In this document: positions 1 through 11,539 of the stretch, piece by piece | Numbering within the stretch: position 1 is the stretch's first letter | Layout: each line of letters starts with the position of its first letter | Origin: Hypanus sabinus | Lineage: Eukaryota | Direction of reading: 5' to 3' | Assembly (NCBI RefSeq): GCF_030144855.1 | Contig: NC_082710.1 | Span: forward strand, 144,150,001 to 144,214,000 | DNA length: 64,000 nt | Notes under the pieces: model-generated | What the model saw: the letters and a program-made list of their open reading frames with translations, nothing else | Told to the model about the DNA's origin: nothing | Databases searched by the model: none | Position numbers and translations under genes: made by a program

Positions 1-835
1 CAGACTATCTTGAACATGTTAATTATCGTGCATTTGAGTGCTTGAAAATTTCCAAAATAAATTCCTTTGTATTTCTAATGGAAAATCCCTGTGCTGAACT
101 TATCAGTGATAGCCTTTTCAGGGGAGATGTGGGCAGAAAAATATTTTATGCTGGGTTTTGTTTACCTCTGCCTTTCAAGTTCAGGGACTTTAGGGATCTC
201 CCAATGAGATAGCACTTTGAAATTATAGCAAGGATCTTAGCCAGCAACTTTGAAAGCTTCAAGTTTACCCTGAAAATATGGTGTCTGCTCATAAAATACA
301 TTTAACCACTATTATCTAAACCTTTATTTTCATTGTGAATTCTGTTCTCTAAGTTCATGGAAACTATATATGGATAACCTCTCAGTATACTTCTGAACTC
401 AATGACTCACCATTGAGTCACTGAGCCCAGATAATGGATATAAGTGTATCACTCCAGCTTTACACTGCCACAGACCCATTTGTCTGAAGGAAGTTGCCAC
501 CCTTCTTTATAAGCTTCCCAGTGATGTCTGGGGCTGTTGGGAAGGGACTTTGAGCAATATAGGATTTGTGGGAGAGCTGAGGAAACAGGCTTTGGAATCA
601 TTGGGTGCTGAGACCACAGGGATAGTGTCGATGTTGGTTTGGATCAGACACATTTATTCCAGAATGCAATTATGATCTGTTTTTTGTTATCTTTGTAAGT
701 TACTCGACTTTTAAAAGTAACAGGATAGAAAATTAGTTGCTAATTATTATAATTTATTTAACTTTTTGAATTTAGTATTCATAGTAAGAAATTGCTCATT
801 TTTAATTACTGATCCATAATTTTGTTTCTCAACAG

Positions 836-947
836 CTTCAAGAATGCACAGACCGATAAACCAGAATGTGCAGGACCACCCTTGGGCATCCCTAACGAAC
901 TTAAAGGGAAAATTAGTATTGCTTATACCTATTCTGTTAAATATGTT
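836..947 (+). CDS. TM9SF2: TM9SF2 internal coding exon (112 nt), (S)FKNAQTDKPECAGPPLGIPNELKGKISIAYTYSVKYV
   Basis: ttttgtttctcaacAG acceptor, GTT|GTAAGT donor. Translation resembles lumenal-domain FKHTHIDKPDCSGPP...IAYTYSV of human TM9SF2 as recalled. Upstream exons lie outside the window. Confidence 0.9.
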
Positions 948-1699
948 GTAAGTAAATCTTTGTTACATTGTTAATTCCCATAAAGGTATGCATTACGGCA
1001 GAAAACTAAGGTAAATTCTGATCTGAATTTGGATGAGAGGTGGTTAGAAATACATTTGTGTTGCCCATTTCTCTGAAATGAAAGAACAAGTGGGGAAAGA
1101 TTGGAAAAGCACCTAGAGAAAGAGGCCAGAAAATTCTCAAAGAGTGCAAAATTATCCAACTGCTGTACAGAATTTCTTTCCAGAAGAGTGTGAAGGAGGA
1201 ACAAGAATTGAAATTTGGAGATGATTATGTAGAGGAACAAAGTTAAAGGGAAGGCAGACCCTAGATGTTCCCTTGCGAAATAAAAACTAAAATATAAAAA
1301 GATAATCCACCATCTAGTTGTTTGGAAATCCTGATGTTTGGCCTGTAACTCTTTAGTTCAGAATGTGAGGCATAGATGCCAGAGTGCAAGATACATTTGT
1401 GATCAGAGGCAGTTGTCAGGATATGTTGTTGCAGTCAAAACTTGGATTCAGTGTGCTAGGAGACAGAATTGTAGGTAGATTTGCGGTTGGAGCCGGAGTC
1501 CCCTGTTCCCCTTAAACTCAAACAGTTCACTTGAAAATTTATTACTGTGTAATATGTAAAAAGAAAAATGAAATAAATGTCTCAGAGTAGTAATAAGGGT
1601 AATACCCAATACTTCAGAAAATCTTCTACCACTGAACCTAATGGATTATCAGAGTTTTACTCAAAATTATCACTTTTAAGAAACAACTTTTTTTTAAAA

Positions 1700-2112
1700 G
1701 CTCCTCTATGGGCACTGACTGTGCTTCTCACTGTCTCAGTAAAGTAGACAACATATTCAAAAACTCTTCTTACCCTGGACATTCTCTGTCATCCCCCCTC
1801 TCATCAGACAAAAGATGCAAAAGCATGTATCACCAGGCTCAAGGACAGATTCTTTCCTGCTGTAATAAGACCATTAAACTTGCCCTGAGTATGTAAAATA
1901 GGCTCTTAACCTCTTATCTACTTCTTTCTATGGTCTTGCACATTATTATCTGTCTGCACTGCATTTTCTTTGTAAATGTGACACTTTATTTTGCATTCCG
2001 CCATCGTTTTCCTTTGTTCTACCTTAATGCACTGTTATAAATAAGTGATCTACAGGGACAATGTAAGACAATGTTTTCACTGTAACTCTGTACAGGTGAA
2101 ATTAATAAACCA
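1700..2112 (+). mobile_element. Decayed 3' end of Rex1/Babar-type LINE
   Basis: KVDNIFKNSSYPGHSLSSPLSSDKRCKS resembles the I.KDP.HPGH.LF..LPSGRRYRS C-terminus; AATAAA-containing tail. Confidence 0.6.
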
Positions 2113-2291
2113 ATTTAATTTACCAGTTTATCAATTTAACCATCTGATCCTTGTTCACTAATCCAGGAATCAAGTGTCCTGATATAATGAGTGCATGGCA
2201 TTCTTAAGTCTGACCTTGGCTGTGAAAATCTGTATGTTTTAACAATACATACAAAATGCTGTAGGAACTTAGTAAGTCAGGCAACATCTAG

Positions 2292-2371
2292 CACAGGTTC
2301 CCAACCTGGAATCCACAGACTCCTTGTTTATTGGTCAGGGTCCATGGCATAAAAAAGGTTGGGAACCCCTG
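2292..2371. mobile_element. 80-bp hAT-type MITE
   Basis: TIR cacaggttcccaacc...ggttgggaacccctg; sister copy at 48821-48901. Confidence 0.75.
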
Positions 2372-2499
2372 AATGGAGAAGAATAAGCAGTTGACATTTC
2401 AGGCAGTACTGAAATGTTAAAACATGGAAAAAACATCACAAACTCTCACACCCTTCAGGAGGGTGAACCCATGGAAAGCATCAGCCCTGGTACCTGGAC

Positions 2500-3008
2500 G
2501 AGTATTAATTTAAAATTTAAATTCCTTGGTGTTATCACTTCAGAGGATCTGCCCTGGGCCCAGCACATAAGTGCCAATTATGAAGAAAGCACAGCAGCAC
2601 CTCCACTTACTTCGAAGTTTGCAAAGATTCAGCATTACATCCATACCTTCCCTCCTCACCCTTTCCCTGTTTAATCCCTCCCCACTCCCTTTCCCTTCTC
2701 TCCCTTCCCACCCTCCTTCCTTCCCTACCTGCTGCCACCACCTCCTTCCCCCACCACCCCTCCCCCCACAACCCTCAGCCCCCTCTCCCTCTGCCCCCAG
2801 CTCCCCTTTGTCTGTCCTTCCCTCCCCTTTCTCTCTCTTTTTGTGCTGTTTGTTGTCTTCTGCATTCTGGTTGTCAGCCCTGTTGGTGCAGTCTTTCATT
2901 GATTCTGTTATGGGTTTTGGATTTATTAAGAATGTCTGCAAGAAAATGAATTTCTAGGTTGAATATGGTGACATATATATTCTTTGATAATAAATTTACT
3001 TTGAACTT
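2500..3008 (+). mobile_element. Rex1/Babar-type LINE fragment interrupted by a C-rich low-complexity tract (2645-2840)
   Basis: FKFLGVITSEDLPW and KKAQQHLHLLRSLQRF; tail gataataaatttactttgaacttt. Confidence 0.7.
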
Positions 3009-4163
3009 TGTTTATTCCCCTCTATAGAAGTTGCCTGACCTGCTGAGTTCCTCCAGCATTTTGTGTGTGTCAGATTTCCAGAATCTCCAGAAACTCTTGC
3101 ATTTATGTTTTTGCATAACTTTTTAATGCCTTGTAACCAAAATGCATATTCCCTGATGCTAATTTGCAGCTGTTGGAAAATCTGCAGTGGCAGTATGACA
3201 GTAATGTGCACTCTACATTTTATTTCCATTCTAAGCCAATTTGCATATTACAATGACAACAGGGTAATTGGTGTAAAATCCGCAGTGTTGAATGGCAATC
3301 TTCAAGTTTGCTGTGTCTGACCTGGTTGATTTTTGATTGAGACTTAATCCCATGATCTGCAGTTTGTCTGATAATTATTAAATGATTTGTGTCAATTTTG
3401 ATTTGTTATCTTTTAGATGCCATTTCATTCTCAGCTAATGAATTATTTTTTACCACTGTGATCACTATGTAAATGTAAAAAGTGCAACAATTATCACTTC
3501 ATACAAACTACAGCCAAGTGATATTTTTTGTAGTGTTCACTGAGTTTTCAAAACAGCACCCTAGATGTTTTGCTTTTTACCTGAGACCTCTGAAAAGTGC
3601 TTTTCCATACTGAACTTAAACATAAGCCAAGATATTTGCATTTCTTGATTGAGCCTACAATCTTTGGCGGGGATGAAAATCTGCTGCCAGCTAAACCTCT
3701 GGCATTGTATGAAGTTATGCAAATATCATTCAGTAGGGTTTCACTGAACTTGTACCATAAATTTCACAGTACCTTGAAGGCTATGCAATGCATCAATTCC
3801 ATGCTGGGTCTTGGTGGGGAACCTGCACCCATGTTGTTACTGCACCACTGACTTGGTATCTTTTTAACTAAATACCATGCGTATCTAAAGAACAAAGCAA
3901 ATTAAAGGAAAAGAAAATTGCAGTATTGTCAGTAGGCTAATTGAAATTCCCTTCAGTTCGACTTCCCTGTCTTTTGAAGGAGCTGCTTTTCCAGTTAAAG
4001 CAAAACTTTGTCAAGAAGTCATGATGTAAATTGATGAATAAATTATGCTGGATTTCATTACCAGATAACATCTTGATAAATGATTTTTCATCTCATTATG
4101 TTGAGAATTGATTTGTTTTTCCAAGTATCAACAGGTTTTCCACCATCTTATTTCTCCTTCCAG

Positions 4164-4240
4164 ACATCACCGATTAAATGGGCATCAAGATGGGATTACA
4201 TTCTAGAATCTATGCCTCATACAAACATACAGTGGTTTAG
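4164..4240 (+). CDS. TM9SF2: TM9SF2 exon (77 nt), [25 protein letters not shown](S)
   Basis: tttctccttccAG / AG|GTAAGG; nonaspanin signature WASRWDYIL; phase 0 in, phase 2 out. Confidence 0.97.
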
Positions 4241-5229
4241 GTAAGGAGCCATCTCAACCTTTATTGTACATCTTGAAATGTTTGCACTCAGTTTGTCACA
4301 GAATTTCAGTCATAAGAAATGTGTGATTTAGTTAGAACCGAGGTAAGTTTTGTAGTGTTATCTGTTGACGTTAATTGCAGAACAGAAAAACTGTTTCTGT
4401 GTGGTTTTTGTGGTGCTCTTATTAAGCTGCAGACACTGAAGCACAGATACTGGCTCTTCAGCCCAATAAGTCCATGCCGACCACGCTGCTCACCCATTTA
4501 TTCTGTTAAGCTTTATGTCATACACACAGAAGAGGGAGATTAGGTGTGTCTTTTCTATGATTTATATGTGAGCAAACAATGTACTTCAGTAGATCTGAGG
4601 CCTGAATTTTTCTAAGAAGTCTGAGATTGAGGTTTTTGTGTTTATCTAAGTAATTGTAAGTAATAATCTCAAGGAGGAACTCCAGCTGGTTTTGTACCTC
4701 ATTTTCCTTGGAACATTTATTGCCATGACTTTGAGCAACATGAACAAGTTGGGCTGCAGAGCCTGTTGTTGTGCTGGATAACACTGAGTCTATAGCTGTA
4801 AAGGTGGTCATTTGGTGTTCCAACCTCCCACCAGACCCAAGATACTTTAGAACCGTTGTACTAAAAATTCCAAATGATTTTATCCTCAAGATCCCAGATC
4901 ACAACTAAGAAAAAGAATGGCTTCTGGTAAATCAAAGGAAATTTGCACCTTCATCACAGACTAGATAGCATGTACCTGTAGAGAAAAAAATTAACACATT
5001 GCATCCACTTTTAACTGACTACAGTAGTTGTGTTAAATATAAAGCAGTCTCTTCATTGTCTGATCCAGAATCAACATAAGCAATTGCAATGTAATAACTT
5101 TTTTAAAAAGACCATAGTGCTGCACTGAGCTGTGCTAAAAGTGTGCTGCTTGTCCGTGTCTTGTGCCATTCTCAGCCACTACATCAGTAGCTTTGCATAA
5201 ATGGTTTAGATAGTTTAGTACAATCTGTA

Positions 5230-6122
5230 CAGGTAGTCCCCGAGTTACGAACGTCCTGCTTACGGACAACTCGTACTTACGAACTGAGGAAGGAGAACGC
5301 CGTCTGCCATTTTAAGTCGGATCGTGACGCCGTACGCCATTTTAAGTCGTTGTCGTTGACACTATGTTGAGTGTTTAACTTTGTATTTGGCTTAAATTTT
5401 TCTCAGTAAGATTCACCCTGACCCTGGCCCCCTCCCCCATTCCAGTCAGTGAGATCAGCACCGGGCTCAAGAATGGAGGTTCGATCCGACTCCCATACCA
5501 TCTGTGCCGGGTTGATGTCGAGCTCGCAACTCAACCTCGCAAAAAAAAACACTGCCACCTCCAGTTTAAAATACCCACGTGGAATATTGTGGAGGATCAA
5601 ATACCTAAACCCAGCACAGCCCCCACTTGTCCCATTTAGCCTGTCTCAATGCGATGGTCCTTAGGACCCAGCGGACCTCGGGAGCCGGCACAGGTTGGGA
5701 CCCTTCGCCCGCAGTGTTTCTGTTCCATTGATGGGAAGCAATCGCAATTGAAAATAAAGTGGAAATAATAAAGCTTTTGGAAAGAGATGAAACACCATCT
5801 GTCATTGGAAGAGTGTTAGGCTACAGTCGGTCAACGATTGGAATAATTTTAAAGGATAACTGATAAAGTGAGAATAATGGAGCATATGAAACGCCCTGCC
5901 CCGCTGAAAGCTACAATTATTACTAAGCAACACAGTGGTTTAATTATTGGAATACATATGTTTTATATGCATGGAAAGGTAAAATATATACTATATATTA
6001 AGACAAACGTTTGATGAACTGACGCTAAATAATACCGGATGTACTTGTTCCGACTTACGTACAAATCTGGCCTAAAGACGGTCTCAGGAACGGAACTCAT
6101 ACGTAACCCGGGGGACTGCCTG
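5230..6122 (+). mobile_element. Non-autonomous Tigger/pogo DNA transposon
   Basis: TA|CAGGTAGTCCCCGAGTTACG...CGTAACCCGGGGGACTGCCTG|TA; CENP-B-type HTH remnant at ~5735-5860 (AIAIENKVEIIKLLERDETPSVIGRVLGYSRSTIGIILKD). Confidence 0.9.
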
Positions 6123-6298
6123 TATTCCTATGTTCTTGCTACTCTAAGAAAATAATTTGGGAAAATAAAGGGAATCTTGTTGGGTGGTCAGAAAATTTAA
6201 AAGTGCAGTTTTTGTTCCTCAGTAGAGGGAAAATGGGATTAACCTACATAGGTGAAAAGGTCAGCAGGAACATGATGATCACCCATTAAGTTCTTTGT

Positions 6299-6890
6299 AA
6301 CACACAAAAAATGCCAGAAGAACTTAAAAAGTCAAGCAGTACCTTTGAAGTGAAATATACTATGAACATTTCAGGTGGAGACCCTTTGTAAAGACTGGAA
6401 AAGAAAGGGGCAAAAATCAAAATAAGAAGTTGGGGGGTGAGAGGAAGGAATACAAACTGGAAGGTGATGGTGAGACCAGATAAGGGGGAAAGTGGGTGGA
6501 TGAGAGAGGGATGATAAAATAAGAAGCTGGGAGGTAGTCTAAAGGAGAGGGCAATAGACCATGGAAGAAAGGGAAGGAAGAAGGCAACCAGAGAGAGGTG
6601 ATTGGGAAGTGAGAAGGGGTGATAGGGAAACCAGATTGGGGAATGAAAAAAATGAGAAGTTGGGGAGGGATGGGGGGTTGGGCGAGAGAATAATTACCAG
6701 AAGTTAGAGAAATCGATGTTCATGCTCTCAGGTTGGAGGCTACACAGATGCAATATGAAGTGTTGCTCCTCTAACCTGTGCTTGGTCACGGACAGACATG
6801 TCTTGACCCGATAAGTTGACTTGCACCTTTTGCATCTGCAGATGCTGCTGGACTTGTGTTCTGTTTTGTTTTTTAAACCCAGGATTTGCA
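6299..6890 (-). mobile_element. Penelope-like element 3' fragment
   Basis: acacacaaaaatgcc..gaact terminus, purine-rich UTR, reverse-strand endonuclease end (EEQHFILHLCSLQPESMNIDFSNF). Confidence 0.75.
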
Positions 6891-6891
6891 G

Positions 6892-7462
6892 TCAGAGTCA
6901 GATTTATTATCATTGACACACGATGTAAAATTCATTGTTTTGCAGTAGCAGTTCAGTGCACAAATAATAAATTACAAAAATAAATAGTGTCAAAAAAGGA
7001 ATAAAGAGGTGGTGTTCATGGACTCTTAACAAGTCTGATGGCGGAGGGAAAGAAGCTGTTCCTAAATCACTGAGTGTGTCGCTTCAGGCTCCTGTACCAC
7101 TTCCCTGACGGTAGTGCTAAGAAGAGGGCAAGTCACTGATGCTGAAGGTCCTTAATGGGTGCTGTCTTCTTGAGGCACCACCTCTTAAAGATGTCCTTCA
7201 CGATGGGGAGGATTGTGCTGTGCATAAAGCTTGCTGAGTCTACAACCCTCTGTAGCCTCTTACCATCCTGTGCATTGGAGGCTCCATACCTGGTCGTGAT
7301 ATAGTCAGTCAGGATGTTCTCCATCAGACATCGAGAGAAATTGTTAAGAGTCTTGAGTGACTTGCCAAATCTCCTCAAACTCCTAATGAAGTAGAGGCAC
7401 CGATTTGCCTATTTTTGATTGTATCAGTGCGTTGATCCTCTGACATATTGACACCCAGGAAC
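6892..7462 (-). mobile_element. Rex1/Babar-type LINE 3' fragment
   Basis: ORF 7133-7378 RRFGKSLKTLNNFSRCLMENILTDYITTRYG. Confidence 0.75.
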
Positions 7463-8320
7463 TCGTGTAACAGCACGAGGACATTGTATTCTGCACCAAT
7501 TCAAATTAGATGTTATATCCAAGAGGGAGCATAGTTAAAAGACTAACAGGCAGCAATTTAAAACTGATGCATAGAAACTTCTGGCAGAGTAGTGAATCTC
7601 TGGGATTTTCTACCCCAAAAGATTATGGAGGTTAAATCATTAAAGTATTTAAATAGGAAAGTAATACCCTGGTTTAAGACCATGCATTATTTCATTAATT
7701 CAGTTATGCTGTTTGTTATTGTATTTTCTGCAGATTTTCTCAAAATGCAACAAGTTCCTTTAAATACAATTGAGTATTTCATTTTTGCTGTTTAAAATAA
7801 AGAATTAGTTGATGAAGTTAGGCTTGTTAAATTGGCCAGTAGAATTTGTCTTGGGAACATTCTAGCGAGAGCGTGGGAAAAAAGAATGGGGAGCCATTTT
7901 CTCGAAAGAGCACAAGGTTGAAGAAGGGGAAAGAAGGAAAATGGAAATGGACAACAAACATAGCAGAAGGATAGATACTGATTTTGGAAAATCCTCATGC
8001 AGACAATGATTTTATAGAAAATGTACAAATGTACATTATGGAAAATGGAGTAACTTTTAGTTAGCTGGTTAGCACATGACCTTGGAGAAAGTTTGATGCC
8101 TTTTCCTTGGACGTTGCCTGAATATTTTTTCCCCTGGGATGGGTTCTTCAATGCAAAACTGTTTCAGTACTGTGAGTAAACAAAGTGAAGCAAACTGGAT
8201 TGATTACACAATAATGTGCACCGAAGATTGCGTGCATGTTATAGACTAATATATGATGGGCCGTTTTCTTTATTTAGTATTACTTCAAAATATTTTGTAG
8301 ATATAATTTCAATCTAAGAT

Positions 8321-8494
8321 ACACAAAATGCTGGTAGAACACAGCAGGCCAGGCAGCATCTATAGGGAGAAGCGCTGTCGACATTTCGGGCCGTTCGGTC
8401 TCCCTATAGATGCTGCCTGGCCTGCTGTGTTCACCAGCATTTTGTGTGTGTTGTTGTTTGAATTTCCAGCTTCTGCAGATTTCCTCGTGTTTGC
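8321..8494. mobile_element. Short fold-back Penelope-derived insertion with 12-bp TSD
   Basis: Arms 8321-8370 and 8399-8447 are reverse complements (1 indel); TSD TCAATCTAAGAT at 8309-8320 and 8495-8506. Confidence 0.85.
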
Positions 8495-8951
8495 TCAATC
8501 TAAGATTATATTGGTTTGAGTTAAATTTTTTGTTTCTTGGTGAACAGTAAATTTGTACGGGTAGTCAGTATTCATACAAGTAATTGCCTTTGTTCTCCTT
8601 TAGAAGGAACATTCATACTTTTATGTATGTATATACCCAAATCATAGATGCCCTAGACATGCTTATTTATTGGAAATGGCTTTTTCATCGTTATTCACAT
8701 GCATTGTTGAATTATATTGCTGTTGGCTTGTAATCACAGTAATAGCTAACTCGTAAGCATACGGTGAGAGGGTTACAGGAGTTAGATATATATTTGAAGG
8801 ATCAGAGATTCAAGGACTAAAGGGAACTTCTCAGAAGAGGAGAGAAGGTCTGAGACAATTCATCCAAAATCATTGAAGGGCCATATGGCTTCCTCCTACT
8901 ATTTCTTTATGTCCTCATGATCTTGACAGCCTTTCATTTGCAAAGGAGAAC

Positions 8952-9695
8952 CTGCGTCGGGTCTCACCAATATATAAAAGGCCACACCGGGAGCACCGGA
9001 CACAGTATACCACACCAGCCAACTCACAGGTGAAGTGTGACCCGACGCAGACTGGGAGACCGTTTCGCTGAACACCTACGCTCGGTCCGCCAGAGAAAGC
9101 AGGATCTCCCAGTGGCCACACATTTTAATTCCACGTCCCATTCCCATTCTGATATGTCTATCCATGGCGTCCTCTACTGTCAAAATACATCCAAACTCAG
9201 GTTGGAGGAACAACACCTTATATACCGGCTGGGTAGCCTCCAACCTGATGGCATGAACATTGACTTCTCTAACTTCCGTAAATGCCTCTCCTCCCCTTCT
9301 TACCCCATCCCTGACATATTTAGTTGTTTGCCTGTTCTCCATCTCCCTCTGGTGCTTCCCCACCCCCCCACCTTCTTTCTCCCAAGGCCTGCCATCCCAT
9401 GATCTTTTCCCTTCTCCAGCTCTGTATCACTTTCGCTAATCACCTTTCCAGCTCTTAGCTTCATCCCACCCCCTCCGGTCTTCTCCTATCATTTCGTATT
9501 TCCCCCTTTCCCCCCCCCCCCCACTACTTTCAAATCTCTTACTATATTTCCTTTCGGTTAGTCCTGACGAAGGGTCTTGGCCTGAAACTTCGACAGTGCT
9601 TCTCCTTCTGGATGCTGCCTGGCCTGCTGTGTTCCACCAGCACTTGGTGTGTGTTGTTTGAATTTCCAGCATCTGCAAATTTCCTCATGTTTGCT
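8952..9695 (+). mobile_element. Penelope-like retroelement 3' part (GIY-YIG endonuclease) with 5' inversion
   Basis: VVYCVRCSRCGLLYIGETRR on the minus strand (8952-9038) continues as TRRRLGDRFAEHLRSV..PVATHFN..LEEQHLIYRLGSLQPDGMN on plus. Confidence 0.9.
9559..9596 (+). ncRNA. Minimal type-I hammerhead ribozyme motif in Penelope terminal repeat
   Basis: gtc-CTGACGA-a-gggtcttggcct-GAAA-cttc-gac: both core boxes, helix II, short helix I; helix-III palindrome mutated (ACTT for ACGT). Confidence 0.6.
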
Positions 9696-9953
9696 AAGTG
9701 AGTTATAATTGACTTATCACTATATTCATGCGAGGAAAATATGCGCTGTGTGTTTAATATTAAATTTGTTAGATAAACACTTTTAGAAACGAAATAGAGT
9801 GTATTAGCCACTTACAAGTGACTTATAGTTGACTTATCACCTATAATATAGGTCCTATATTCCCGTCGTGATTAATACCCCCCGCCCCCCCCATCGGCAA
9901 GAATATTGTCAATATTAAACCGGTCCGCGGTGCAAAAAAGTTGGTGACCCCTG
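9696..9953 (+). mobile_element. hAT/Charlie-type non-autonomous transposon, right end
   Basis: Ends ccggtccgcggtgcaaaaaagttggtgacccctg; internal ~29-bp repeat at 9696 and 9817. Confidence 0.65.
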
Positions 9954-9959
9954 AACTGC

Positions 9960-10512
9960 AGCACAGAAACCGGACCATAGTCTTCCATACCCCTACCATC
10001 CATGTACCCATCCAAACTACTCTTAAACGTTTATTTCAAAATCACATCCACCACTTGTGCTGGCAGCTCGTTCTATATTCTCAGCACCCTCTGGGTGAAG
10101 AAGTTTCCCTTCATGTTTCCCTTGAGCATTATACCTTTCACCTTTAACCCATGACCTCTGGTTGTAGTCTTACCCAACTTCAGTGGAAAAAGCCTGCATG
10201 TGTTTACCCTATCTATAGTTTTGTATACCTGGATCAAATTTCCTTTCAGTCTTCTACATACTAAGGAATAAGGTTCATCTTTCCTTATAACTCAGGTCCT
10301 TCAGTTGTGGCAAAATCCTTGTAAATTTTCTCTGTACTCTTTCAATCTTATTTATATCTTTCCTGTAGGTAGGTGACCAAAACTGCACACAATACTCCAA
10401 ATTAGGCCTCACCAATATCTTATACAACTTCATCATAACATTCCAACCTCTGTACTCAGTACTTTGATAAAAGGCCAATGTGGCAAAAGCTTTCTTTACA
10501 ACCCTATCTAAC
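9960..10512 (-). mobile_element. CR1 LINE 3' fragment
   Basis: LYKILVRPNLEYCVQFWSPTYRKDINKIERVQRKFTR. Confidence 0.9.
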
Positions 10513-10759
10513 TCTCTCCTTTCTGTTGCTGACTGGTTCAGAATGATTTGGCTGGCAATTAATTGCAATGATCAACATAAAGCAGACTAGTGTTGTCAGG
10601 TGAGTTGGTCTACAACTCGCTGTTAAAAACATCACATTTGAGTCTCAGCTAACTTTCTAAACATGCCAGTGTCTCTAGTTTTGGCAAAAGTGTGCAGGAG
10701 AGGATGTGGAGAGATAAAAGAGTGCTGGATGACCTGTTAACAGAGTTTAGTATGGCTTA

Positions 10760-10975
10760 TTTATTTATTGAGATACAATGCTGGATAGACCCTTCAAACC
10801 GCGCCACCCAGCAACCACCGATTTACCCTAGCCTAATCACAGGACAATTTACGTTGACTAATAAACCTACCAATCAGCACATCTTTGGACTGTGGGAGGA
10901 AACAGGAGCACCCAGAGGAAATCCACGCAGTCACAGTAAGAACATACAAACTTCTTACAGACAAAGGTGGGAATG
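10760..10975 (-). mobile_element. V-domain tRNA-derived SINE
   Basis: tttggactgtgggaggaaacaggagcacccagaggaaatccacgcagtcac; (TTTA)n tail at left. Confidence 0.75.
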
Positions 10976-11539
10976 TCTGTGACTATATCACATTTCTTTA
11001 CACTGGTATGGAATAGTGGTCAGTAAGGGCAGAAATGAGTTCATTTGTGCAAACCCAACTGGTAAGGTCAGCAAGTGAACTCTGATCACATTAACCCTAC
11101 ACTGTGTGCTACTGATAATTTTATACTATTGGCATTGATATTCAAAGTTGCAAAACTTGAAAGGCCTGATGTTTAGAGTTATGAAGGTCATCTTATTGAG
11201 GAGTGCTTCCAGCTTATGAATTGTAAATGTCAGATGCTGAATTAGTTAATCTGGCATTTCCTGACAGCTTAGATCTGTTAAACATGTTATCCTCACAACT
11301 TTGCTTGTTGAAAATCTTTATTTGTATGATTGTAAAATCAATTGTTTTTTAATACTTTATCATTTTTGTCAGAAGTAATCTTCATGTTCTCATTTATCTT
11401 GAATTTGCTAAAGATTTTTAAGAAATTTTATCTTTATAAAAGGGTTATGTAAATCTTGCTAAGATTACCAAAACATTAATACATGTAATAAACACAAAAT
11501 ACTAGAGGAACTCAGAAGGTCAAGCAGCATCTGCGGAGT

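Larger units (their letters stand above)
2245..3100. mobile_element. Penelope-type inverted terminal pieces (2245-2405 and 3008-3100) separated by later insertions
   Basis: acaaaatgctg..ggaact..caggcaacatcta and the reverse-complement cctgacctgctgagttcctccagcattttgtgtg. Confidence 0.6.

Noticed and set aside
1280-1662. Old Tigger-like MITE (gataatcc...ggattatcagagttttact)
   Set aside because: Only one end resembles a TIR; too decayed to call
2540-2957. 133-aa Gly-rich and 128-aa Pro-rich overlapping ORFs
   Set aside because: By-products of a low-complexity tract inside a LINE fragment
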